A DNA stretch of 64,000 bases from an uncultured Acidimicrobiaceae bacterium. Lineage in GTDB: Bacteria; Actinomycetota; Acidimicrobiia; Acidimicrobiales; UBA8190. The notes under the pieces were generated by a model. That model did no database searches, was not told the DNA's origin, and worked only from the letters and a program-made list of their open reading frames with translations. Below, one piece after another: positions 1 to 8,321 of the stretch; the stretch's first letter is position 1; every line of letters begins with the position of its first letter. The position numbers and the translations under genes are program-made. Where the stretch lies: NCBI GenBank assembly GCA_963714125.1, contig OY970234.1:2733641-2797640 (forward strand), given 5' to 3'.

Positions 1-387
1 CCACGGCGCCCGTACCTGCTGCTAGCCGCCCTGGGATTTGGGGTCACGTCGGCGGCCACGGCAGTGGCACCCAACATTGCCGTGGCCTGTGTGACGTTGC
101 TCGTCATGGGTGCGGCCGCGTTCTGCTTTGTGACGTTGTGCTCCACCACACTGCAGTTGCACAGCTCGAGCGCATTTCGAGGCCGGATCATGGCGCTGTG
201 GGTCTTCGTCTACCTGGGCACTACGCCCATCGGCAGCATCCTCACGGGCTGGATCATCTCGGCCAGTGGTCCGCGGGTTGCTCTCCTGGTCGGCTCCGGC
301 GCATGCCTGGCGGCAGCCGTGCTGGCCGCTTTCGTCCGTACGCCGGCTCATCCCGACCAGCTGCTCAGCGACCTTGATCGACCCTGA
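1..387 (+). CDS. MFS-type transporter, C-terminal fragment (5' end lies outside window)
   Basis: Frame is open from base 1 to TGA at 385-387. The tail is a series of hydrophobic TM segments (..AVACVTLLVMGAAAFCF.., ..IMALWVFVYLGTTPIGSILTGWIISA..) like an MFS C-terminal half. Confidence 0.65.
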   Translation, partial: PRRPYLLLAALGFGVTSAATAVAPNIAVACVTLLVMGAAAFCFVTLCSTTLQLHSSSAFRGRIMALWVFVYLGTTPIGSILTGWIISASGPRVALLVGSGACLAAAVLAAFVRTPAHPDQLLSDLDRP

Positions 388-397
388 TCTCGGGCTC

Positions 398-1462
398 TCA
401 ACCGACGAGGAGCTCCGACTGCTCGACGAGGAGCTCTCGAGCCACGGGCGCCACCTGCGTACCGTAGAGCTCGATATTGCGCATCAGCCTTTGATGGGGA
501 AGGCGGCCCGAGCTGTACTTCAGGTCGAAGCGGTCGATGTCCAGTGCGGCCGCGGTCCGAGCGATCTTGGCGGCGACTGTCTCGGGCGACCCGACATACA
601 GCGACCCATCGGCAGAAGCCTCCTGGTCGAACTGCGCCCTGGTCATGGGCGGCCAACCACGCGAGGCTCCAATGCGGTCCCGGCCTTCTTTGAAGTACGG
701 CCACAACTCCTCGCGCGCTTGATCATCGCTCTCGCCCACATACCCCGGCGAGTGCACCGCGATCGGCAACGGGGCGTGCCCGAACTCCGACAGGGCTTGG
801 CGGTAGAGGTCGACGTATGGACGGAATCGACGAGGGTCGCCTCCGATGATGGCGAGCACGAGCGGAAGTCCGTAGTGCGCTGCTCTCACCACGGACTCAG
901 GGCTGCCGCCCACACCCACCCACGCCTTGACCGAACCCGACTCGGTCGTCGGATAGATCCGCTGGCCCTCGATGGGGGCTCTCGTGGCTCCAGACCACGT
1001 GACCTCCCCCTCCTTCATAAGCTCCACGAACAGGTTGAGCTTCTCCTCGAACAGCTCGTCGTATTGAGCGAGGTCGAATCCGAACAGGGGGAAGGACTCG
1101 GTGAAGCTTCCCCTACCCAGGATCACCTCGGCCCGGCCGTTCGAGGCCGCGTCGAGGGTGGCAAAACGCTGGTACACCCGCACGGGATCGTCAGAACTCA
1201 GAACGGTCACCGCTGACGCCAAGAGGATCCTCTCCGTGCGCGATGCGATGCAAGCCAGCACCATTTCGGGACTCGACACGGCGAAGTCGGCACGGTGATG
1301 CTCGCCCACTCCGAAGAAGTCGACCCCGACCTCGTCGGCCAAGACGCCTTCGGCGACCACGTCACGGATGGTTTGGGCCTGTGAGACCAACGCGCCATCC
1401 TCGCCCTCGGTCACATCGCCGAAGGTGTCAAGGCCCAGCTCTAGCACCCTGTCCTTGGTCAC
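398..1462 (-). CDS. LLM-class (luciferase-like) flavin-dependent oxidoreductase
   Basis: 354-aa ORF with a GTG start at 1460-1462, preceded on the minus strand by GGAGAAG. Sequence is typical of luciferase-like monooxygenases (..FFGVGEHH.., ..ILGRGSF.., ..LPLVLAIIGG..). Confidence 0.85.
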   Translation of the reverse strand: MTKDRVLELGLDTFGDVTEGEDGALVSQAQTIRDVVAEGVLADEVGVDFFGVGEHHRADFAVSSPEMVLACIASRTERILLASAVTVLSSDDPVRVYQRFATLDAASNGRAEVILGRGSFTESFPLFGFDLAQYDELFEEKLNLFVELMKEGEVTWSGATRAPIEGQRIYPTTESGSVKAWVGVGGSPESVVRAAHYGLPLVLAIIGGDPRRFRPYVDLYRQALSEFGHAPLPIAVHSPGYVGESDDQAREELWPYFKEGRDRIGASRGWPPMTRAQFDQEASADGSLYVGSPETVAAKIARTAAALDIDRFDLKYSSGRLPHQRLMRNIELYGTQVAPVARELLVEQSELLVG

Positions 1463-1547
1463 TCCGAACCACTTCTCCTATTCGTTTCTCGCAGGTCCTT
1501 GCACTCGCAATGACATTTCAACACCGTGAGATGCCCTGCGATTCCCT

Positions 1548-1568
1548 GAGCGGTCCTGAGGACCGCTC
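1548..1568. repeat. Perfect 9-bp inverted repeat with 3-nt spacer (GAGCGGTCC-TGA-GGACCGCTC)
   Basis: Read directly in the 228-bp gap between the RCC1-like ORF (ends 1691) and the LLM gene start (1462). It could be a terminator hairpin for the upstream minus-strand gene or an operator for the LLM gene. Confidence 0.4.
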
Positions 1569-1690
1569 GGTGTGCGGCAGCCGAGGGCCCTAACTCCCCC
1601 ACATTGAACTCCGACCACCATGGAGATTCGCGGGGGCCTCGATGCCGACCGCTCCAACTCGTCGGCCCAAGGCCTCATGTACATCTGCGG

Positions 1691-2515
1691 CTATGGCGAC
1701 CCGACCGCCTGGGGCGCGTCATAACCGCCCACCGTGTCAGGGCCGCCGGGGGCCCCATTGCCCAACTCTCCGTTGGAGTTGTAACCCCAGCATTCCACCG
1801 GGCCCGTCTTGAGAACGGCACAGAAGCTGTCGTAGCCATTGACGCCGTCGTTGCTGACAGAGTCAGAGTTGGCGATGCCGGTCACCGGCTGCGGGGTGTC
1901 ATAGCCGTAATAGTCAGGCCCGTCGATGGCGCCGTTGACGGTGCCGTTGCCCACCTGGCCGTAGTTGTTGTAACCCCAGCAGTCCACTCCACCAGCCTCA
2001 AGGACCGCGCCGTAGCCGTAGCTGTCGCCTTCGCTCGCTACAGAGTCAGCGGTGGTGACGCCACTGACGGTCTGGGGCGAGTCGTAGTCTTGGTGGTACG
2101 GGCCGTCAGGTCCGTTCATGATCCCAATGCCCAACTCGCCGTAGGAGTTGTCCCCCCAGCAGTCCACTCGGCCTGTTGCAAGCACGGCGCAATAGCCGAG
2201 GCCGCCGCCGTCGGTGGTCACCGATACCGCGTTGGTGATGCCAGTTACCTCCTGGGCCACGTCGTATCCAGCCTCGCCATCAGGGCCGCCCGTGCTGCCG
2301 ATGCCGAACTGGCCGTAGGCGTTGTTCCCCCGACATTCCACCCCGCCGCTTGAAAGCACCGCACCGCGACCGAATGTTCGGGCTGATCGAGACCACCAAG
2401 TTGCGTACGCAACAGCCCCTCGCCGCCGATCAACTCGACGCGTGCGAAATATAGGTGCGTCGGACTGGGCCCGAGTCAACCTTCGCTGATGGGGTTGCCG
2501 TATCGGACGATCCAA
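1691..2515 (-). CDS. RCC1-repeat protein fragment (about 3.5 blades; possible gene remnant)
   Basis: Repeated motifs VECRGNNAYGQFGIG, VDCWGDNSYGELGIG, VDCWGYNNYGQVGNG and VECWGYNSNGELGNG. There is no signal peptide and the Arg-rich N-terminus looks non-native. The 5' 40 nt overlap the sulfotransferase 3' end, so the real start (if any) is uncertain. Confidence 0.45.
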   Translation of the reverse strand: MDRPIRQPHQRRLTRAQSDAPIFRTRRVDRRRGAVAYATWWSRSARTFGRGAVLSSGGVECRGNNAYGQFGIGSTGGPDGEAGYDVAQEVTGITNAVSVTTDGGGLGYCAVLATGRVDCWGDNSYGELGIGIMNGPDGPYHQDYDSPQTVSGVTTADSVASEGDSYGYGAVLEAGGVDCWGYNNYGQVGNGTVNGAIDGPDYYGYDTPQPVTGIANSDSVSNDGVNGYDSFCAVLKTGPVECWGYNSNGELGNGAPGGPDTVGGYDAPQAVGSP

Positions 2516-3237
2516 TCGGCGTTGAGGTGGTCACCCCGTCGCCGATGTTGTACCCGAATCTCGTGCCCTGAAGGTAGGTCAAGGCCGAGGTAATCAAGGA
2601 GACCTCGAGTCACACCAATCGGATCATCGGCAAGATCCTCGTAGCGTACCTCACGCGGCTCCACGTCTACAGAAGTGAACCAGGCTCGCCAACCCGTGTT
2701 GTGTTCATCGATTACCCGAACCAGCCTTTGGATCTCTCCTGCGTCGAAATGGGGACTTATTTCAGCCTGCCCTGGTTGGATCAGATCATCGTCTTGCCAG
2801 TGATTCGTCTGCTCAGCGCGCAGCCAGGAGACGGCTTGGGCCACGACGTCGTGGCGCCGTAAGTAGAGAAATCGGGTGGGGCCGAATACGCGACGAAACA
2901 GTTCCAGATCGGCACCCACGAGATCGGGGTGCAGTGTGCCCAGCCTGTCAACAACTTCCTTCAGCGTCCCCCACATGATCCTGGCTGCGAACACGCCGTT
3001 GTCGGTTGTGCCGGCAACCATGGCTGAACGCATGAAGTCCGACGCACGGAACGATCTCCCAGAAGAGTCGAGGATGCCCCACCGGGTGGCCCATAACTTT
3101 TCGTCTGGTCGCCTGAAGTAGGACTCAGGATGACCTGCGACTCCGGTGGACTCGAGCAGCCCACAAAGGAGCGAGCTGCCGGTGCGAGGCGTGGCGCAAA
3201 TCAGGTAGGCATCGGCGCGCCCTGATGGCTCGACCAT
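2476..3237 (-). CDS. Stf0-family sulfotransferase
   Basis: 253 aa. N-terminal PAPS-loop-like motif YLICATPRTGSSLLCGLL, and overall resemblance to Stf0/trehalose-2-sulfotransferase-type proteins. Confidence 0.8.
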   Translation of the reverse strand: MVEPSGRADAYLICATPRTGSSLLCGLLESTGVAGHPESYFRRPDEKLWATRWGILDSSGRSFRASDFMRSAMVAGTTDNGVFAARIMWGTLKEVVDRLGTLHPDLVGADLELFRRVFGPTRFLYLRRHDVVAQAVSWLRAEQTNHWQDDDLIQPGQAEISPHFDAGEIQRLVRVIDEHNTGWRAWFTSVDVEPREVRYEDLADDPIGVTRGLLDYLGLDLPSGHEIRVQHRRRGDHLNADWIVRYGNPISEG

Positions 3238-3252
3238 AGAGAAAGCTGATAT

Positions 3253-3444
3253 TCAGTGACGGTCGTGCGGAGCGTCGAGCGGCTGCGCCACGACTCCCTT
3301 GAAGCCCAAGCGCTTCAGAATGAAGACGCCGAGACGGCTCGGCTTCTTGGCCTTCTGTGCCGCTTTCGCCTCCTCCTCGTGCCCGCCCGTCACGTGGTAA
3401 TCGCGGCCCATATAGCCCCGGCGGTACTTGGCAACCATGCGCAT
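3253..3444 (-). CDS. Small basic hypothetical protein (63 aa)
   Basis: ATG at 3444 is preceded on the minus strand by GGAGGA with a 7-nt spacer. It lies between the globin and sulfotransferase genes with short gaps. No family recognised. Confidence 0.5.
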   Translation of the reverse strand: MRMVAKYRRGYMGRDYHVTGGHEEEAKAAQKAKKPSRLGVFILKRLGFKGVVAQPLDAPHDRH

Positions 3445-3503
3445 ACTTTATTCCTCCGGCACCGGCCGGACTGAATATCGCCTACCTCGGCAAGACCAGG
3501 CGG

Positions 3504-3959
3504 TCAGGTCCCGCCGACGAGCCCCTCCCATGACCACCGCGGCATGCTCATCGCTTCCGGCACCTCGTCAGCGCCGTGGTGATACCTGGCCATCGAGGTC
3601 GTCGTGGCCCATTCGAAGTAGTCGTGAAGCACCTGGCGGACCGGACTGTCATCGACGAAGCCGACGTCATTCAGGGCTTCGTCGAAGCACGTGACGGCAC
3701 GACGATCCATCTCATCATGCGGACCGTTGCCGCTGTGCATACGCACCACCGAGGTCTCGTCGCCGTAGACACCCGAAAATGCCGCCGGGCCGCCGAGAGC
3801 CTCCGCCCAATAAGCGGCCAGGCGTTCAGTGTGATCAGGGTGAAATCCATGGCTGAAGGCGTGGCTCACGATCTCGTCTGCCATCACCCTCGCATGCCAG
3901 GCCGCCGCCAACTCCACCAAGCCATCCATGGAGCCGGCCGCCTCGTACACCGTTTGCAT
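3504..3959 (-). CDS. Group II truncated hemoglobin (trHbO-like globin)
   Basis: Internal ATG at 3959 gives MQTVYEAAGSMDGLVELAAAWHARVMAD.. and ..AAYWAEALGGPAAFSG..MHSGNG.., typical of 2-on-2 globins. The longer ORF to 4028 adds an Arg/Cys-rich non-native leader. Confidence 0.8.
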   Translation of the reverse strand: MQTVYEAAGSMDGLVELAAAWHARVMADEIVSHAFSHGFHPDHTERLAAYWAEALGGPAAFSGVYGDETSVVRMHSGNGPHDEMDRRAVTCFDEALNDVGFVDDSPVRQVLHDYFEWATTTSMARYHHGADEVPEAMSMPRWSWEGLVGGT

Positions 3960-4095
3960 GCCCCCAGGATGGCACCCTCGGCTCACGTCGCGGCGGCAAC
4001 CACCAGCCGAATTTTGTTCGCTTCGCAATCACCGAAATCCCCCGTGAAAGTCGGTGCAACCTGCAGTATCCTGACGCCCCTACAAGGGGGATGCG

Positions 4096-7000
4096 ATGGG
4101 ACGTTCGCATGCCGTTGTTGCTCGGCTCGGATTGGCAGGTGTCATCACCCTTGCCACCGGCACGGCACTGCTGGGAGGAGTTGTCATCGAGACCCTCTCC
4201 TCTTCGGCTTACGCCGATTCAGCTCCCTATGAGGTCTTTTGTCCCGGTACGCCATTAGGCGGCGTTGTTCTCAACAACGTCGTCATGACCGGGGCACTTT
4301 CTCCTACCAGCCCGACGACGGGTCAGGTGTTCAATCTCACCGGTCTCCAAACCGAAGAGCAGCTTCCGGCCGCAATCGTGCAGGATGCGGCCGAGACAGG
4401 CCTCACCTCACTCACGGGCACGTTGACAACCACGGTCGATGCCATTGGCGCCACGCCGACGTCGCTTTCGACTGGTCCCGTGAGTTTCACCATTCCGATC
4501 CCGAATCCGATCCCCTCCTCCGGTGTCACCATCACGATCCCGTCGGTGACCGTCGGGCCGTTCACAGCGACGAGCGACAACATCGCCATGAGTGCAGCGC
4601 CCGAGGCTCAGACCATGGACATCGATGGTGACGGTATTGGTCTGCTCGACTTGCACTGCGCCACGTACCCGAATGACGCTTTGGCATCGGGCTTCACCAG
4701 CGCCACACCGCCCGGGGAGCCGATCTCACCGGTGATCGCCACCGCCGGAGACGTGACAACGCCGCCTCCTTCGACGCTGACGGGTCCCTACGAGCTGTAT
4801 TGCCCACACACGCCGGTCGGTGACCTCGACTTCAACGACGTGACCACCTCGGCCACCATCTCGCCGCCAACGCTCTCAGCCGGTGACCCGTTCCAAGTGA
4901 CGGGATACCAGATCTCCATCCCGATCCCGTTGGGACCAGTCACCGCCGCCGTTGGACTCGGCAACGACAGCTTTGAAGGCCTGGCGACCAGCTATGTCGA
5001 CGCCTATGGGACCACCACATCGCAACTAGCCACGGGCTCCATGAGCTTCGATGTGCCCATACCGAGCCCCATCCCGTCAACGGGGCTCTCCCTCGACCTG
5101 CCCTCATCGTCCACGACGATCGGGCCCTTCACGGCGGTGGGGGGACCGGTCACCATCGCCCAAGATCAGTCGGTCCTGGTGGTGGCGGAGCTCTCGGGCA
5201 AGGGATTCACCATGTCGTGCACCGCCTACCCCAACGACAGCCTGGCGTCATCGGGTTCTACCGGAACGCCACCGGCCACGACGCCGATTGAGCCCATCAT
5301 CGCTGTGGCCAATGCGTCGGGGACACCGATCACCACGACCACAGAACCGGGCGGGCCCGGGACCGGGAGCCAAACGCCAGGCTCCCCTTATGAGCTGTAT
5401 TGCCCAGGCACCCCCGTGGGCGATATCGCCGTCAACGATGTCGTCACCACGGGATCGATCACACCAACGTCGCTCAACGAAGGTGACGACTTCCAGGTGA
5501 CCAATCTGCAAACGCAGTTCACGATTCCTCAAGATGTGGCCCAACAGGCCGAGAACCTTGGCCTCACCACCCTGAGCGGGGACCTGTCGCTCTTCTTGGA
5601 CGTATCGGGCACTCAGGGCATTTCGTACACCACGACCAGCACGAGCACTTCGTCGTCCACCGCTACGAGCACCTCAGTGAATCCCGGAGGACCGACGGTG
5701 GGTGTCGATGAGCCCTACCCGGGGCCTTACCCCGGCGAAGACGATATGACCTTCAGTGTCACCTTGCCCTCGCCAGTGCCACCGACAGGCGTGCAGTTCA
5801 CAGCCACGTTGCCGCCGGACTCCGCAACGGAAACATTTATCGCCGCCGGCGGCCCCATCGACGTGTCGGTGGACGGCGCCAATCTCGATGTCAGCGCGTT
5901 CGGCGACGAGTTCGGGCTCTTCTGCAACACGTTTGTCAACGACACCGTGCCGACCGGCCTTTCGATCCACCAACCCAATGACGGGTTCATCCAGCCACTC
6001 GTCGCCACCGGCAGCGCCACCACGATCCCTCCGCCTCCAGGACCCCCGGGGGCCTATGAGCTGTACTGCCCGGGCACCCCGGTCGGTAACATCGTCTTGA
6101 ACGACGTCAGCACGACTGCCGCGCTCTCGCCATCAGATCCGACGCCTGGTCAGCAGTTCAGCCTCACCGGCTACCAAACCACGCTCACAGTTCCCTTCGC
6201 GATTGCAACGGCAGCCTCCGCGCTCGGGAACACAGCCATTGCCGGCTACGCCACCGCATCGATCGATGCCAACGGTGCCACACCCGCCCAGATCTCAACG
6301 AACGCCATGAGTTTCGACGACCCTCTCCCGAGTCCCGTTCCGCAGAGCGGTGTCACCGTGACCGTGCCGTCGGCACCGGGAACCATCGGGCCGTTCACGG
6401 CCTCCAGTAGCGCCATCACGATCTCTCAGGACGGAAAGATCCAGTTGGTCCTCACCGTCTCGGGAAACAGTCTCACGATGAACTGCTCCACGTATGCCAA
6501 CAACAGTGCACCTACCGGCATCGTCGAGACCGTTCCGCCCGGGAGACCCCAGTCGCCGGTGATCGCCATCGCTGGTGGCGGCGCCACGAGCACGCCCCCG
6601 GGTGCGAATGTGGTGGTGACGCCCGCTACCGGCCTCAGTGGTGGGCAGAGCGTTTCGATCACCGGCAGCGGCTTCACAGCCAACTCCACCGGGAACATTC
6701 TTGAGTGCAACGATGCTCTCAATCAGCCCACGGTCGCTCTGCCTGCGCCCGTCTCCTCTCCGCTCGCGGTCGGTTGCACGTCCCCCAGCTATCACGTCTT
6801 GGCCTCCACCTCGGCCACAGGAGAGCTTTCGACTACCTACGACGTCGTCGCCGGCACGCTAGGGCCGCCGTGCGGCACGTCCGCCGACATCGTGGTGACC
6901 TGCCCGAGCACTGATAGCGCGGGAGGGGATCCGGCTACCGATGCGGCCGACTATCCCTGCCCGCCCACTCCCGCCCAACAGGCTGAAGGTGTCACGTGCA

Positions 7001-7545
7001 GCCTCCGCTTTGGTGACGAGGCGGGCGACAGTGCCGATGCGACCATCGTGTTCGACGGCCAGGAAGCAACTCCGTCGACCACGGACCCAACCACAGGTCC
7101 CACCGCGGATCCGACCACAGACCCCACGACCACAGACCCCGCGACCGCAGATCCCACCAACGACACCACAACCACAGCGCCTTCGACGACGACCACCCCG
7201 TCGTCATCGTCACCTTCGACGTCGTCCCCAGCGGGGTCCACGACCACCGCTGCGAGCCAGCCGTCGGCGGTGGCCGCCGCGGTAGCGGGTTCCTCCAGCT
7301 CGAGCGACCCACCCATAGTGAGCGCCAACTCTGGGTCGCTCGCCTTTACCGGAACCGGTCCGCTCGCTCAGTGGCTGGCCGTGGTCGGCGTGGCCCTGAT
7401 GCTCCTGGGCATGGCGCTGTTAGTCGTGATCGACGCGCCTCGGCGCCTGCTCACAGAGATGGTGAAGCCGTGGAGAGCGTCTCACCACGGGCCCGCGAGG
7501 GCACGGCGCGCGGGGCGTGGTGCCGATTGGTTCCTCGGCCGCTGA
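4096..7545 (+). CDS. Sortase-anchored (LAFTG) cell-surface protein with four tandem cysteine-bracketed modules, a neocarzinostatin-like domain and a Thr/Pro-rich stalk
   Basis: SD AAGGGGGA lies upstream of ATG 4096. Signal peptide ends ..SSSAYA/DS. Four PYE(V/L)(F/Y)CPxTP(V/L)G starts. C-terminal LAFTG, then a hydrophobic helix, then an Arg-rich tail. Confidence 0.85.
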   Translation: MGRSHAVVARLGLAGVITLATGTALLGGVVIETLSSSAYADSAPYEVFCPGTPLGGVVLNNVVMTGALSPTSPTTGQVFNLTGLQTEEQLPAAIVQDAAETGLTSLTGTLTTTVDAIGATPTSLSTGPVSFTIPIPNPIPSSGVTITIPSVTVGPFTATSDNIAMSAAPEAQTMDIDGDGIGLLDLHCATYPNDALASGFTSATPPGEPISPVIATAGDVTTPPPSTLTGPYELYCPHTPVGDLDFNDVTTSATISPPTLSAGDPFQVTGYQISIPIPLGPVTAAVGLGNDSFEGLATSYVDAYGTTTSQLATGSMSFDVPIPSPIPSTGLSLDLPSSSTTIGPFTAVGGPVTIAQDQSVLVVAELSGKGFTMSCTAYPNDSLASSGSTGTPPATTPIEPIIAVANASGTPITTTTEPGGPGTGSQTPGSPYELYCPGTPVGDIAVNDVVTTGSITPTSLNEGDDFQVTNLQTQFTIPQDVAQQAENLGLTTLSGDLSLFLDVSGTQGISYTTTSTSTSSSTATSTSVNPGGPTVGVDEPYPGPYPGEDDMTFSVTLPSPVPPTGVQFTATLPPDSATETFIAAGGPIDVSVDGANLDVSAFGDEFGLFCNTFVNDTVPTGLSIHQPNDGFIQPLVATGSATTIPPPPGPPGAYELYCPGTPVGNIVLNDVSTTAALSPSDPTPGQQFSLTGYQTTLTVPFAIATAASALGNTAIAGYATASIDANGATPAQISTNAMSFDDPLPSPVPQSGVTVTVPSAPGTIGPFTASSSAITISQDGKIQLVLTVSGNSLTMNCSTYANNSAPTGIVETVPPGRPQSPVIAIAGGGATSTPPGANVVVTPATGLSGGQSVSITGSGFTANSTGNILECNDALNQPTVALPAPVSSPLAVGCTSPSYHVLASTSATGELSTTYDVVAGTLGPPCGTSADIVVTCPSTDSAGGDPATDAADYPCPPTPAQQAEGVTCSLRFGDEAGDSADATIVFDGQEATPSTTDPTTGPTADPTTDPTTTDPATADPTNDTTTTAPSTTTTPSSSSPSTSSPAGSTTTAASQPSAVAAAVAGSSSSSDPPIVSANSGSLAFTGTGPLAQWLAVVGVALMLLGMALLVVIDAPRRLLTEMVKPWRASHHGPARARRAGRGADWFLGR
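4219..6600 (+). repeat. Four tandem coding repeats of ~187-222 aa. Module starts are at Tyr codons 4228, 4789, 5389 and 6055.
   Basis: Each module has Y-E-x-x-C-P-x-T-P-x-G, then about 140 aa later a second Cys in (H/S/F/N)C(A/T/N/S)T(Y/F)xN(D/N). Module boundaries are approximate. Confidence 0.8.
7339..7353 (+). other. LAxTG-type sortase sorting motif (LAFTG)
   Basis: In-frame codons ctc gcc ttt acc gga, followed by GPLAQWLAVVGVALMLLGMALLVVI and a basic tail. LAxTG is the class E sortase motif known from Actinomycetota. Confidence 0.7.
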
Positions 7546-7563
7546 CAGTGCGCCGCAGGCGCG

Positions 7564-8229
7564 TCAGCCCTTGTCGACCTTCTTCAGGGCGCCGTAGCCA
7601 TGCTCGATGGCCGCCACGATGATGTCCTCAAAGTCCTTGTCGGTGAGGACGTGGGGGGTTCCCATAGATGACGCCCGCCAGTACAACTCGGCCAGCCATT
7701 CGAGAAGCTCCAGACTGTGGATGGCCGCAGCCATGTTCGGGCCATAGGCAACCGACCCGTGATTCTCCATCATGGCGGCGTTGCGACCCTTCAGAGCCTC
7801 GATGACATTTTCGGCGAGCTCCTGAGATCCAAAGCGGGCATAGGGCGCGGTGCGAGGCACGCCCCCCAACTCCAAGCAGCTGTAATGGAGTGCGGGCAAC
7901 TCGCTCAGGCAACACGACGCCGCCGTGGACGCCATGGCGTGCGCATGAGTGATGGCGAGGGCGTTGGTGGCGGCGTAGATCCCAGTGTGGAGGGGCACCT
8001 CCGAGGTAGGGGCCAGGTCGCCGTCCACAATCTGCCCGCTCAGATCGATGACGGTGATCATCTCGGCCGTCACCGTCCCCAGGTCAGCTCCGGTAGGCGT
8101 CACCGCGATCAGATCGCCCTGGCGAGCGGAGATGTTTCCGGCCGTACCGATGACCAGGCCCTCCTTGGCCAGGTGCCGGCTCGCACTGGCCACGGCCTCT
8201 CGTTCAGCGGCCAAGAGCAACTCGCTCAT
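7564..8229 (-). CDS. Class II aldolase/adducin-family protein
   Basis: Start taken at ATG 8229 (MSELLLAAEREAV..). Motifs GTAGNISAR and ..ITHAHAMAS... The 359-aa track ORF adds an Arg/Pro-rich leader that is antisense to the neighbouring kinase gene. Confidence 0.8.
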   Translation of the reverse strand: MSELLLAAEREAVASASRHLAKEGLVIGTAGNISARQGDLIAVTPTGADLGTVTAEMITVIDLSGQIVDGDLAPTSEVPLHTGIYAATNALAITHAHAMASTAASCCLSELPALHYSCLELGGVPRTAPYARFGSQELAENVIEALKGRNAAMMENHGSVAYGPNMAAAIHSLELLEWLAELYWRASSMGTPHVLTDKDFEDIIVAAIEHGYGALKKVDKG

Positions 8230-8321
8230 CCTCGTCCCCTTCGTCGTATCAATCATGTGCCGTGTGGACGGCGGCACTGAGACTACCTTCGCCCGGCAAT
8301 CCCGCCCGTCCAGTTCGTACG

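Noticed and set aside
266-1216. 316-aa plus-strand ORF overlapping the LLM oxidoreductase
   Set aside because: It is antisense to the LLM frame, which has family motifs and an SD. No motifs are present.
7075-7300. Short periodic DNA repeats (gac ccN acc aca ..) that might suggest a repeat array
   Set aside because: They lie in frame inside the surface-protein gene and encode the Thr/Pro/Asp-rich stalk. They are not CRISPR-like, since there are no spacers and no non-coding context.
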